A DNA stretch of 64,000 nucleotides from a virus. This document shows positions 55,475 through 64,000 of this stretch, piece after piece (position 1 is the first letter of the stretch; the number at the start of each line of letters is the position of its first letter). Location of the stretch: the IMG/VR virus record IMGVR_UViG_3300027963_004416, positions 81,708-145,707 of that record. One strand, written 5' to 3'. A program made the translations under genes and the position numbers. The notes beneath the pieces were generated by a model. That model did no database searches. It saw only the letters and a list, made by a program, of their open reading frames with translations, and had not been told where the DNA came from.

Positions 55475-56810
55475 TTTACTAGTAGTATTGCAAACTCATT
55501 CAGTGTCTAATAGAGACAATTCAAGCAAGAGATTTGTAAGTAATTCTAAACCAGAAGTAACCAAGAGGTGTGTAAGCAGTTTAGTTAACACACTTATTGA
55601 TGCGTATAATGTTTTACCAAACTTTAACCTAAGATTAAAGATATTTGATGATCATTCCGACGAAGAAACTTTAGATTTTCTAAACAAGCAACTTTCAAAA
55701 TGTCCATTTGAAAGTTCATTAGAACATTTAGAGACTAGAGGGGTGATGCCCTCTATTCTTAAGTGCTATGAATATGGTAAAGATAATGGTATTGATCTAG
55801 TTTATTTTGCGCAAGATGATTACTTGTATGAAAAGTCTGCTGTTAGAGATATGGTCTGGACTCTTATGCAGACCTCCGGTAGTCTGCAATCCCCGGTAAG
55901 TGTTTTTCCCTATAATGACCCATATCACTATGCACCCGTAAATACAGTAATATCTTCACATATCATACAAAGTTGTGATAGACACTGGCGCACCAACCTA
56001 CTAACTGCCAGTTGTTTCATGACTCACGTTAGTATTATTAATAAGGAATGGGATCTTTTCTATAAAATGGGTACCAGTGATCCGTTCGATAGAAATATGG
56101 AAGATAACTCTATAAATCAACTTTTTAAGGAAAGAGGATACTTTCTTCTTATCCCAATTCCTAGTCTTGCTTTTCATATGCAAACCGAAAGTGAAAAAGA
56201 TCCGTTTGCCGATTGGCAGTCATTATGGGACAAACATCAACAAAAACCATTTAACTATCAGCTAGAAGATAAAGAAAAATATTTCTTTAATATTGGTTGT
56301 GGCAGAAGCAGCATTCAGGATACAAATCATGCAGAAGAATTTTTAGGGATGAAGGAGGTTAGAGTAGATATTGACGAGGCTATAAGCCCAGATGTTGTTG
56401 CAGATTTACTTGACCTTACAAACATTCCTTCCGACATTGCAGATAAGGTTTTTATTCATCATTGCTTAGAACACGTTGATTCTTACAGTGTCAAGCAATG
56501 CATTAAGCAAATGCACAGAATTCTTAAACCAGCAGGTGAGTTAATTGTCGTAGTGCCAGATCTAAAGGTCACAGCTAGACATATCCTTGAAGGCACATTA
56601 AATGATACTCTCTATTCTTCACCTGCAGGTGATATAACTAGTCATGATATGATCTATGGATTCAGTAAATTTATTGCTAAAGATAACGATTTTATGAGAC
56701 ATAGAACTGGATTTACAAAAGAAACAATGACAAAAGTACTGGAAGATCTTAACTATAGTTTTAAGGTGCAAGAAGATAATAATAATGTTGTGGCTAGGAT
56801 CATTAAGTGA
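55449..56810 (+). CDS. GT2-like glycosyltransferase fused to a SAM methyltransferase
   Basis: N-terminal IFDDHS, YFAQDDYL, HWRT, PIPSLAFHMQ (paralog of 53162); C-terminal FNIGCG, EVRVDID...PDVV.D, HCLEHV, RILKP.G....VPDL, H.TGFT. Confidence 0.82.
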   Translation: MKSEKKILDLLVVLQTHSVSNRDNSSKRFVSNSKPEVTKRCVSSLVNTLIDAYNVLPNFNLRLKIFDDHSDEETLDFLNKQLSKCPFESSLEHLETRGVMPSILKCYEYGKDNGIDLVYFAQDDYLYEKSAVRDMVWTLMQTSGSLQSPVSVFPYNDPYHYAPVNTVISSHIIQSCDRHWRTNLLTASCFMTHVSIINKEWDLFYKMGTSDPFDRNMEDNSINQLFKERGYFLLIPIPSLAFHMQTESEKDPFADWQSLWDKHQQKPFNYQLEDKEKYFFNIGCGRSSIQDTNHAEEFLGMKEVRVDIDEAISPDVVADLLDLTNIPSDIADKVFIHHCLEHVDSYSVKQCIKQMHRILKPAGELIVVVPDLKVTARHILEGTLNDTLYSSPAGDITSHDMIYGFSKFIAKDNDFMRHRTGFTKETMTKVLEDLNYSFKVQEDNNNVVARIIK

Positions 56811-57214
56811 AGAGAGTTTTAGTTATGGGGCTACCTGGCTCCGGTAAGACTTTTTTGTCTGATAAGCTCAAAGACCTTCTACCCTCCGTAGCAAGAATTA
56901 ATGCAGATAAAGTGAGACAGGAATTCAATGACTGGGATTTTAGTTTTCAAGGTAGAATTAATCAAGCAAAAAGACTTAGAGAGCTTTCATTTAACTGCAA
57001 TAAAGAATTTGTAATAGTTGATTTTGTAGCACCGCTAAAGGAACAGAGAGAAATATTTGACGCTGATTATACTATCTGGATGGATACTATAAAGTCTAGT
57101 AGATACCCGGATACTGATAAAATATTTACAGAACCGGATTATAACTTCAGGATTACATCCTGGAACTATAACGATAATTTATTACACATTATAAAAGATA
57201 TAACTAATGATTAA
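56807..57214 (+). CDS. Adenylyl-sulfate (APS) kinase-like P-loop kinase
   Basis: LVMGLPGSGKT Walker A, NAD.VR...DWDFS..GR..QA.R, VDFVAP...R; GTG start. Confidence 0.75.
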   Translation: MKRVLVMGLPGSGKTFLSDKLKDLLPSVARINADKVRQEFNDWDFSFQGRINQAKRLRELSFNCNKEFVIVDFVAPLKEQREIFDADYTIWMDTIKSSRYPDTDKIFTEPDYNFRITSWNYNDNLLHIIKDITND

Positions 57215-58007
57215 AGTTATAGGTGATTTAATAGAAGATGAATACTGGTTTGGTACTACATCTAGGCAATCACCAGAAGCATATATTCCTATTGTAGAAA
57301 AAATTAGGAAAGAAACTAAATCTGGCGGTGCGGGTAATGTATTTAAAAATATCTCAGCTCTTACAAATGCTCAATGCTATACAGACACTAATTATAAAAT
57401 ACCGCATAAGCTAAGAATATTTTGTAATGATAAAATTATTGCAAGAGTGGATGAAGAGCAGTACTGTCCTGTAGAAATAGATTATAACTTTATAAGAAAG
57501 AATGATATTATAGTTCTTAGTGATTATAATAAAGGAATACTTCATAATATAAAGCAAATAATAAAAGACTGTAATATAAAACAATGTATTACAATAGTAG
57601 ATCCAAAGAAAACATTTGACAACTATCAAGACTGTACCATACTCAAGGCTAACTATAAGGAGTTCTGGGATAGTTGCAAATGCCCACCTAACGAAGAATC
57701 ATTAAGATATATCAGTAACAAATTTAATATTAGAGGTATTATAGTTACTTGTGGTGAAGAAAATACTCATATGCTGTATGGTAGTAAATATAGAGTCATC
57801 TCTCCCTCCAAAGTAGAAGTAATGGATGTTACTGGAGCCGGAGATGTCTTTGTAGCTGCGCTAGCTCGAGGTATAGAATTAGATTTAGACTTCTTTAATG
57901 CTGCTGAAGTAGCAAGCGAAATGGCATCCTTATCAGTAACAAAAGTAGGCACCTACGTGTTAAATTCTAAAGAATATGAAGACTGTCTTTACAAACGGCT
58001 GCTTTGA
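57207..58007 (+). CDS. hldA: Heptose-7-phosphate kinase (HldA/RfaE domain I, PfkB family)
   Basis: VIGD...DEY..G...R.SPEA.IP, GGAGNV..N, ARVD.E, LSDYNKG, VDPK, DVTGAGD.F.A. Confidence 0.85.
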   Translation: MIKVIGDLIEDEYWFGTTSRQSPEAYIPIVEKIRKETKSGGAGNVFKNISALTNAQCYTDTNYKIPHKLRIFCNDKIIARVDEEQYCPVEIDYNFIRKNDIIVLSDYNKGILHNIKQIIKDCNIKQCITIVDPKKTFDNYQDCTILKANYKEFWDSCKCPPNEESLRYISNKFNIRGIIVTCGEENTHMLYGSKYRVISPSKVEVMDVTGAGDVFVAALARGIELDLDFFNAAEVASEMASLSVTKVGTYVLNSKEYEDCLYKRLL

Positions 58008-58377
58008 CATACTTCATCGCGGGCATATAGAGCTTTTAAAATTCTGCAAAGAATGTTTTGCTGATACAAGGTTAGTAGTAGGCTTAAATAGTGATCAATC
58101 TATTAAAAGACTTAAAGGCGCAGATAGACCTTTTAATAATGAAGCTGATAGATACTTTATGTTAAAGTCTATTAAATTTGTTGATGATGTTATTATATTT
58201 GATGAAGATACACCGTACGAAATTATAAAAAAAATAAAACCTGACGCTTTAGTAAAGGGTGGTGATTATACAAAAGAGTCGGTTATTGGTAAAGAATTAG
58301 TTAAAGATGTTATTATTTTTAACTATATCCCTGGTTATTCAACAACTAAAATTTTAAACTATGGTAATAATTTGTGA
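57976..58377 (+). CDS. hldC: Heptose-1-phosphate adenylyltransferase (HldC/RfaE domain II)
   Basis: VFTNGCFDILHRGH..LL, LVVGLNSD.SIKRLKG..RP, VDDVIIFDEDTP, VKGGDY, GYSTT. Confidence 0.9.
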   Translation: MKTVFTNGCFDILHRGHIELLKFCKECFADTRLVVGLNSDQSIKRLKGADRPFNNEADRYFMLKSIKFVDDVIIFDEDTPYEIIKKIKPDALVKGGDYTKESVIGKELVKDVIIFNYIPGYSTTKILNYGNNL

Positions 58378-58684
58378 TATTGATGGAACTATCTGTAATC
58401 CTGTAAAGGAGAACGGTCAATGGGTGTACATTAAGCATACACCCATTGTTGATAGAATAGAAAGGATGAATAAGCTTTATGATGAAGGTCATACTATTAT
58501 CTACTGGACTGCAAGAGGATCTACATCGGGTATAGATCATTCTGAGCTTACACAGCGACAGCTAGATGAATGGGGGGTAAAGTATTCTGAGCTAAGACTT
58601 GGCAAGCCATCCTACGATATATGGATCGACGACAAGGCGTTTAACGATAAGGCTTTTTTTAATGATATTCCTAACTGGCCATAA
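58361..58684 (+). CDS. Small HAD-superfamily phosphatase
   Basis: DIDGT motif I, YWTARG motif II, GKP.YD.WIDDK motifs III/IV. Confidence 0.85.
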   Translation: MVIICDIDGTICNPVKENGQWVYIKHTPIVDRIERMNKLYDEGHTIIYWTARGSTSGIDHSELTQRQLDEWGVKYSELRLGKPSYDIWIDDKAFNDKAFFNDIPNWP

Positions 58685-59444
58685 AGGGTTTATCGGTAGG
58701 AATCTTCTTAAGAAGATTAACACTCCAGTAATGTGCTCTGATTTAATTAGTGATAATGTATTTGTCACTTTAAATCTTACTGACTGGGCAAAAATAAATA
58801 AAATTATACATCTAGGTGCTATTTCAGATACTACCTGTAAGGATATTAATCACATCTATGAGTATAATATTCTTTATAGCCAACAGCTTCTTAATAAAGC
58901 TATAGAGTATAATATCCCTGTCGTCTATGCTTCTTCAGCTTCAGTTTATGGCAATTCATTAGACGTAATAAATCCGCTTAACTACTACGCACTTTCTAAA
59001 TCTACTATTGACTACTACGTACTCGATAATATCGATAAATTTAACAAGATTACTGGGCTTAGATATTTTAACGTTTATGGGTCTGATGAACGTAAAGGAC
59101 ATCAGTCTAGTCCTATTTTTAAATTTACAGAAAATATTAGAGATGGAAAACCTATAGAACTATTTGAAGGCTCAGAACATTTCTATAGGGACTTCGTATC
59201 AGTGGATGATGTTGTTAGCATTACCTTGAGCGAGTTAAGTACCGGTATATACGATGTTGGTACATCAAACCCTATATCATTTGCAGAGGTTGCAAGACTT
59301 GTAGCTAAAAAATACAGCGGTGAAATAAAAACAGTAGAGTTTCCAAAGCATCTGATTGGCAAATATCAATCCTATACTAAAGCAAAGTATCATATATCAC
59401 ATAAATATCTTACTGTTTCTGAATGGCTAAATAGTATTACCTAA
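58662..59444 (+). CDS. hldD: ADP-L-glycero-D-manno-heptose 6-epimerase-like NAD-dependent epimerase
   Basis: LTGHKGFIG, HLGAISDT, YASSASVYG, PLNYYALSK, GLRYFNVYG..E.KG, LFEGS..F.RDF..VDD, GIY.VGT, KYQSYTKA; ATG 58662. Confidence 0.85.
   Translation: MIFLTGHKGFIGRNLLKKINTPVMCSDLISDNVFVTLNLTDWAKINKIIHLGAISDTTCKDINHIYEYNILYSQQLLNKAIEYNIPVVYASSASVYGNSLDVINPLNYYALSKSTIDYYVLDNIDKFNKITGLRYFNVYGSDERKGHQSSPIFKFTENIRDGKPIELFEGSEHFYRDFVSVDDVVSITLSELSTGIYDVGTSNPISFAEVARLVAKKYSGEIKTVEFPKHLIGKYQSYTKAKYHISHKYLTVSEWLNSIT
59400..59407 (+). promoter_or_regulatory. Late promoter candidate CATAAATA upstream of gp13
   Basis: One mismatch from consensus, about 50 nt before ATG 59457 with AAGGAG RBS. Confidence 0.45.
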
Positions 59445-59456
59445 AAGGAGATCACT

Positions 59457-60200
59457 ATGGCCGTTCCTACCACAAGAAGTGAATTTAAAGAGTATTGCCT
59501 TAGAAAGCTTGGCAAGCCCGTTATAGAAATTAACGTAGACGACGATCAAGTCGAAGATAGAATTGACGAATCATTAAAATATTACTATGACTACCACTTT
59601 GATGGTTCTGAAAAAACTTATTACAAACATCAAGTAACAGAATTAAACAAGACAAACAAATATATTATTTTACCTGAAAATATAATTGGAGCTGTAAGAA
59701 TATTCCCAGTAGGTGGAATGATTACAGGTAGCAGAGATCTCTTTAACATACAATATCAAATTGCTCTAAACGACTTGTATACACTTACATCAGTAAGTAT
59801 GGTTCCATATTATATGACCATGATGCATCTTAATCTTATTCAAGAAGTTTTGGTTGGCCAGCAGCCCATTCGTTATAACAGACACACAAATAAGCTATTC
59901 ATCGACATGGAATGGGAAAGAATTAAAGCAGGCGAATACCTTTTAGTTGAGGCTTATGAAGTTATAGACCCTAGTACCTTTACAGATGCATGGGGTGATC
60001 GCTGGCTACAAGAGTATTGCACAGCTAAACTTAAGTATCAATGGGGAACAAACTTAACAAAGTTTAGCGGACTCCAGCTCCCTGGTGGTGTTCAGTTTAA
60101 CGGTGAGAAGATAATGGATGATGCTAAAACTCAAATAGATAAGCTAGAAGATGAAATGATTAACTCTTACAGCCTTCCAGTAATGGATATGATTGGATAA
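59457..60200 (+). CDS. gp13: Neck protein gp13
   Basis: YCLRKLGKPVIEINVDDDQVEDRIDE.L.YY.DYHFDG, WL..Y.TA..K.QWG.NL.KF.G.QLPGGV..NG. Confidence 0.95.
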   Translation: MAVPTTRSEFKEYCLRKLGKPVIEINVDDDQVEDRIDESLKYYYDYHFDGSEKTYYKHQVTELNKTNKYIILPENIIGAVRIFPVGGMITGSRDLFNIQYQIALNDLYTLTSVSMVPYYMTMMHLNLIQEVLVGQQPIRYNRHTNKLFIDMEWERIKAGEYLLVEAYEVIDPSTFTDAWGDRWLQEYCTAKLKYQWGTNLTKFSGLQLPGGVQFNGEKIMDDAKTQIDKLEDEMINSYSLPVMDMIG

Positions 60201-60203
60201 GCA

Positions 60204-60935
60204 TTGGCAACCAATTTCTATTTTAATAACTTTCAAAGCAGCCAAGAGCAGCTTTTAATAGAAAATTTAGTAGTAGAGTCTATTAAAATCTATGGTCATG
60301 ATTTGTTCTATCTCCCTAGAACAAGAGTTAACTTTGATAATATCTATGGCGAGGATCCGGTTTCTGAATTTAGAATAGTGTATCCTATCGAAATGTATAT
60401 TAAAAATGTTGATGGGTTTAAAGGTGACGGAGATTTTTTATCAAAATTCAACTTAGAAATTAGAGATCAAGTTACATTTACAGTCGCTCGCAGAGTCTTT
60501 AATGAAGAAGTAGGGAGTTTAGAAGCCATAGTAAGACCTAGAGAAGGCGACTTAATTTACTTCCCGCTTAATAATAAAATATTTGAAATTAAATTTGTCG
60601 AGCATGAAGCTATCTTTTATCAATTAGGTGCACTGCAAACATTTGATATTACGTGCGAGCTATTTGAATATAGTAATGAAAGATTTATTACTGGGTATTC
60701 TGATATTGATAACTTATATGACAACTTTACTATAGATGTTGTTGCATTTGGTCTTAAATATGAAACAACCGGTGGATACTCTGATTTCCTTCTAGATGAA
60801 GATGGATTTCAGTTAGTCACTGAGGGCGCATCTATTGGCACTAATGTTATAGACGATATCAGCGAAATACAGAATGAAGCATCTGATTTTGTCGACTTCT
60901 CTGAAAAAGATCCGTTCAGTGAAGGAGCTTACTGA
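60204..60935 (+). CDS. gp14: Neck protein gp14
   Basis: EQ.LIE.LV.ESIKIYG.D..YLPR, IEMY..NVDGF.G.GD.LSKF.LEIRD, RP.EGDLIYFP, FYQLG, CELFEYS.E, DFSE.DPF; TTG start. Confidence 0.95.
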   Translation: MATNFYFNNFQSSQEQLLIENLVVESIKIYGHDLFYLPRTRVNFDNIYGEDPVSEFRIVYPIEMYIKNVDGFKGDGDFLSKFNLEIRDQVTFTVARRVFNEEVGSLEAIVRPREGDLIYFPLNNKIFEIKFVEHEAIFYQLGALQTFDITCELFEYSNERFITGYSDIDNLYDNFTIDVVAFGLKYETTGGYSDFLLDEDGFQLVTEGASIGTNVIDDISEIQNEASDFVDFSEKDPFSEGAY

Positions 60936-61753
60936 TGTTTAATCAGACATTTTATCATAGAACTATTCGCAAGTATGTAACCTATTTTGGCACTCTATTT
61001 AATGACATCTACATTAATAGAGATGACGGTCAGACCGGTAATGCTGCTTCATATGCAACTCTAAGAGTTCCTATCAGTTATGGTCCAAAACAAAAGACCC
61101 TTGCTAGGCTAGATGGAGATCCAAATCTTACTAGACCCACTGCAATTGTACTTCCTAGAATGTCCTTTGAAATTGAGTCATTAAGCTATGATTCATCTAG
61201 AAAGTTAACTACAATTAATAAAGGACATCTTAAGACCCATCCAACTGCAGAAGAAAGATTAAAGTACGTCTATAATCCAGTTCCATATGATATAGACTTT
61301 TCTTTAAACATATATGTTAAAAATGCAGAAGATGGCACAAGAATACTTGAACAAATTTTACCATATTTTACTCCTGACTGGACTGCTACACTTAATATTA
61401 TTCCAGAATTAGATGTCAAGATGGACATTCCAGTAGTAATAAAAAATGTAACGTCTGAAGACACCTATGAAGGTGGATTTGAAGAGAGAAGACTTATAAC
61501 CTGGAAACTAGATTTTACAATGAAAGGCTATCTATTTGGGCCAATCAAGTCTGGTGGTGTTATTACTCTTGCCAATGTAAACTTCTATACATCGAATTCA
61601 TCATTAGCTACATCACCAGAAGAGAATGTAACCATTATTCCAGGTCTACTAGCTAATGGTTCACCTACAACTAATTCTCAGCTTACAATAGATAGAACAC
61701 TAATCAAAGAATCAGACGACTGGGATTATATTATTACAACAACGAGTGTATAA
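60935..61753 (+). CDS. gp15: Tail sheath stabilizer/terminator gp15
   Basis: FYH.TIRKYV..FGTLFN.I, VPISYGPK.K, LPRMSFE, PVPY...F.L, ILEQILPYF.P, L.FTMKG.LFGP. Confidence 0.95.
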   Translation: MFNQTFYHRTIRKYVTYFGTLFNDIYINRDDGQTGNAASYATLRVPISYGPKQKTLARLDGDPNLTRPTAIVLPRMSFEIESLSYDSSRKLTTINKGHLKTHPTAEERLKYVYNPVPYDIDFSLNIYVKNAEDGTRILEQILPYFTPDWTATLNIIPELDVKMDIPVVIKNVTSEDTYEGGFEERRLITWKLDFTMKGYLFGPIKSGGVITLANVNFYTSNSSLATSPEENVTIIPGLLANGSPTTNSQLTIDRTLIKESDDWDYIITTTSV

Positions 61754-62130
61754 TGAGCGATGAAATTTCTAAGGCTCTAAATCTCCCTCCCTTAAACGAT
61801 AAGGTAGAGGTTCTTGATAGAGGCCCTACAGTTGAAGATGATTTTGAGTATGCACGTGGCAATATGCTTAATATTATTGAAAAAGGCAATGAAGCTTTAG
61901 ACGGCATATTGCAGGTAGCAGGTATGTCCCAGCATCCTAGAAGTTATGAGGTAGCCGCTAATCTTATTAAAACTATGGCGGAAACAAACAAAGATCTTTT
62001 AGAATTAACAAAAAAGAAAAAAGAAATCCTTAAGGACGAGGCAAAGCCGACTACAGTACATAATAACCTCTTTGTTGGTAGTACTGCTGAGCTGCAAAAA
62101 TTAATAAAGCAACAAAATGGCACAGAATGA
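61753..62130 (+). CDS. gp16: Terminase small subunit gp16
   Basis: DFEYAR.N...IIEKG..AL...A..S.HPR.YEV...LIK, NNLFVGST.ELQK. Confidence 0.93.
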   Translation: MSDEISKALNLPPLNDKVEVLDRGPTVEDDFEYARGNMLNIIEKGNEALDGILQVAGMSQHPRSYEVAANLIKTMAETNKDLLELTKKKKEILKDEAKPTTVHNNLFVGSTAELQKLIKQQNGTE

Positions 62131-63748
62131 GTCGTATCTAGGTAATAGAAACCTAAAACGTAGCTATGTTGAACTAGAATGGACTCGAGATCAAGTCACT
62201 GAATTTGTAAAGTGCGCTCGAGATCCAGTTTATTTTATTGAAAATTATGTAAAGATTGTTAACGTAGACAGAGGTTTAATTCCATTTAAGCCTTATGACT
62301 ATCAAAAGAATATTATTAATCTATCAGATAAAGAAAGATTTGTAATATGTAAGATGCCACGGCAGGTTGGTAAGACAACTGTTGTTGTAGGTATAATAAT
62401 GCACAGAGTTTTATTTAATGAAAACTATTCTGTTGCTATACTAGCACATAAAGAAAAACAAGCACGTGAAATTCTATCACGTATTCAGCTAGCTTATGAG
62501 CATATGCCTAAGTGGTTGCAGCAAGGTATTGTAGAATGGAACAAAGGTAATGTTGAACTGGAAAACGGTTCAAAGATTCAAGCAAGCTCTACTGCCTCAT
62601 CAGCTATAAGAGGTACATCTCAAAACTTTGTTTACCTTGATGAGTTTGCCTTCGTACCCGCTAATATTCAAGAATCATTTTTTAATTCGGTCTTTCCAAC
62701 AATATCATCTGGTGAAACTACCAAGGTATTAATTACATCTACACCTAACGGGCTTAATCTTTTTTATAAGCTTTGGGCGGATAGTGAGGCAGGTAGGAAT
62801 TCTTACCATAGAATAGATGTACATTGGAGTCAAGTTCCTGGCCGTGATCATGCTTGGAAAGAGGAAATGATTCGCAATACGTCTGAAGAACAATTCAGAC
62901 AAGAATTTGAGTGCGAGTTTTTAGGCTCATCATCTACTCTCATAAGTGCTGCAAAACTTAGGACCCTAGTTTATAAGTCACCTATTCAATCAGATGAATA
63001 TTTAAAGATACACGAGCATCCAGTTCAAAATAATATTTACTGTGTTACGGTTGATACAGCAAGAGGTAAGGAAGGTGACTACTCAGCATTTAAAATTTTC
63101 GATGTAACAACCTTTCCTTATAAAGATGTAGCGAGTTACAGGAATAGAGAAATAGATCCTCTACTTTACCCTAATATCGTTTACAGATTAGCTATGCATT
63201 ATAACAGTGCTATGGTCTTAGTAGAAACAAACGATATAGGACAGCAAGTAGCTGATATTTTGCAGCATGATTTGGAATATGATAATTTAGTTTTTTCTCA
63301 TAGCCACACCTCAAGAGGTGTGGTAATGTCTGGAGGTTTTTCTCAACAGACACACGCCGGGGTAAGAACTACTAAAGCAGTTAAGAAGTTAGGTTGCTCT
63401 AACTTTAAAACACTAGTAGAAAGCGATAAGCTAATAATATGTGATTTCGCTACTATTAATGAGATGTATAGATTTGTTAGTAATGGAACAACCTATGAAG
63501 CAGAAGAAGGTAATGATGATTTAGTTATGTGTTGTGTTTTGTTTTCCTGGCTAGCAGATCAAAGTTATTTTAAAGAAATAGTTAATTCAAACGTCAGAAA
63601 AAACTTATATGATGATAATGTGCAGAGAATAGAAGAAGAACTAGCTCCTTTTGGAGTTATTGATAAAGGAATTCAAGTAGAAGAAGTGCCTAGGATTGTT
63701 AACCTTGATGATGAGCAAATGTCCTTTAATCAATGGATGGCTAGTTAA
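62117..63748 (+). CDS. gp17: Terminase large subunit gp17
   Basis: YLGN.NLK, KMPRQVGKTT Walker A, YLDEFAF Walker B, TSTPNG, F.QEFEC.FLGS, VD.ARG...DYSA, DDLVM. Confidence 0.98.
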   Translation: MAQNESYLGNRNLKRSYVELEWTRDQVTEFVKCARDPVYFIENYVKIVNVDRGLIPFKPYDYQKNIINLSDKERFVICKMPRQVGKTTVVVGIIMHRVLFNENYSVAILAHKEKQAREILSRIQLAYEHMPKWLQQGIVEWNKGNVELENGSKIQASSTASSAIRGTSQNFVYLDEFAFVPANIQESFFNSVFPTISSGETTKVLITSTPNGLNLFYKLWADSEAGRNSYHRIDVHWSQVPGRDHAWKEEMIRNTSEEQFRQEFECEFLGSSSTLISAAKLRTLVYKSPIQSDEYLKIHEHPVQNNIYCVTVDTARGKEGDYSAFKIFDVTTFPYKDVASYRNREIDPLLYPNIVYRLAMHYNSAMVLVETNDIGQQVADILQHDLEYDNLVFSHSHTSRGVVMSGGFSQQTHAGVRTTKAVKKLGCSNFKTLVESDKLIICDFATINEMYRFVSNGTTYEAEEGNDDLVMCCVLFSWLADQSYFKEIVNSNVRKNLYDDNVQRIEEELAPFGVIDKGIQVEEVPRIVNLDDEQMSFNQWMAS

Positions 63749-63759
63749 TTCTTACAATT

Positions 63760-63767
63760 TATAAATA
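63760..63767 (+). promoter_or_regulatory. T4-type late promoter TATAAATA for gp18
   Basis: Exact consensus in the gp17-gp18 intergenic region. Confidence 0.85.
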
Positions 63768-63823
63768 CAACAGATAGTCTTGTCATACTATGCTAAACAA
63801 AAAACCTTTGAGGGGAGAATAAA

Positions 63824-64000
63824 ATGCCATTTCAAGTCAGTCCAGGTGTTAACGTATCTGAAATTGACTTAAGCACGGTTGTCCCTGCAGTATCTTCAAC
63901 AGAAGGCGCACTTGCTGGTGTGTTTCGTTGGGGACCTGTAGAAAAACGTGTTTTAGTTGATTCAGAAAATACTCTAGTTGCCCGCTTTGGTAAGCCTACC
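63824..64000 (+). CDS. gp18: Tail sheath protein gp18 (5' part, truncated by the window end)
   Basis: Manual translation MPFQVSPGVNVSEIDLSTVVPAVSSTEGALAGVFRWGPVEKRVLVDSENTLVARFGKPT; GGAG RBS. Confidence 0.95.
   Translation, partial: MPFQVSPGVNVSEIDLSTVVPAVSSTEGALAGVFRWGPVEKRVLVDSENTLVARFGKPT

Noticed and set aside
50497-59444. Prophage boundary with a host LPS locus
   Set aside because: The cluster is flanked on both sides by co-oriented, tightly packed T4-like structural genes; no integrase or att-like site seen
62117-63748. Intron, intein or homing endonuclease in the terminase or other core genes
   Set aside because: gp17, gp32 and gp13-16 are uninterrupted and of ordinary length; no Hint, HNH, GIY-YIG or LAGLIDADG motifs seen

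Overview
This AT-rich 64-kb window comes from a large T4-like myovirus, probably an uncultured environmental lineage. From left to right: (1) a SleB-type cell wall hydrolase and the gp33-methyltransferase-gp59-gp32 replication/late-transcription block; (2) a minus-strand tail/baseplate-hub block with two tape-measure-like proteins (one with a GH19 muramidase), gp26-like plus an unannotated gp51-like ORF reachable by a -1 slippery site, gp54-like, gp2 and gp4; (3) a long plus-strand late operon with gp48, gp53, gp27-like, gp5, gp5.4, gp25, gp6, gp7, gp8 and a split VrlC/DUF4815-like protein; (4) modular Asn/Thr/Ser-rich fibres, two with Lys-rich collagen tracts and S74 chaperones; (5) six paralogous 7-bladed RCC1-like propellers; (6) an 11-gene glycosyl/methyl/sulfo-transferase and ADP-heptose cluster; (7) gp13, gp14, gp15, gp16, gp17 and the start of gp18. 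The strongest candidate novel system is phage-encoded post-translational modification of virion proteins. One 649-aa protein fuses a GT25 (COLGALT-family) domain, a PLOD/LH3-type glycosyltransferase domain and a PLOD-type lysyl hydroxylase domain. It lies immediately upstream of a fibre whose 73-triplet collagen tract has Lys in the Y position of about half the triplets. Sequon-rich virion proteins and a glycan-modification cluster sit in the same structural operon. Also notable are a mosaic, loop-hypervariable RCC1 repertoire and a probable programmed -1 frameshift ahead of the tape-measure-like genes. All family assignments come from motif recognition; no database searches were run.
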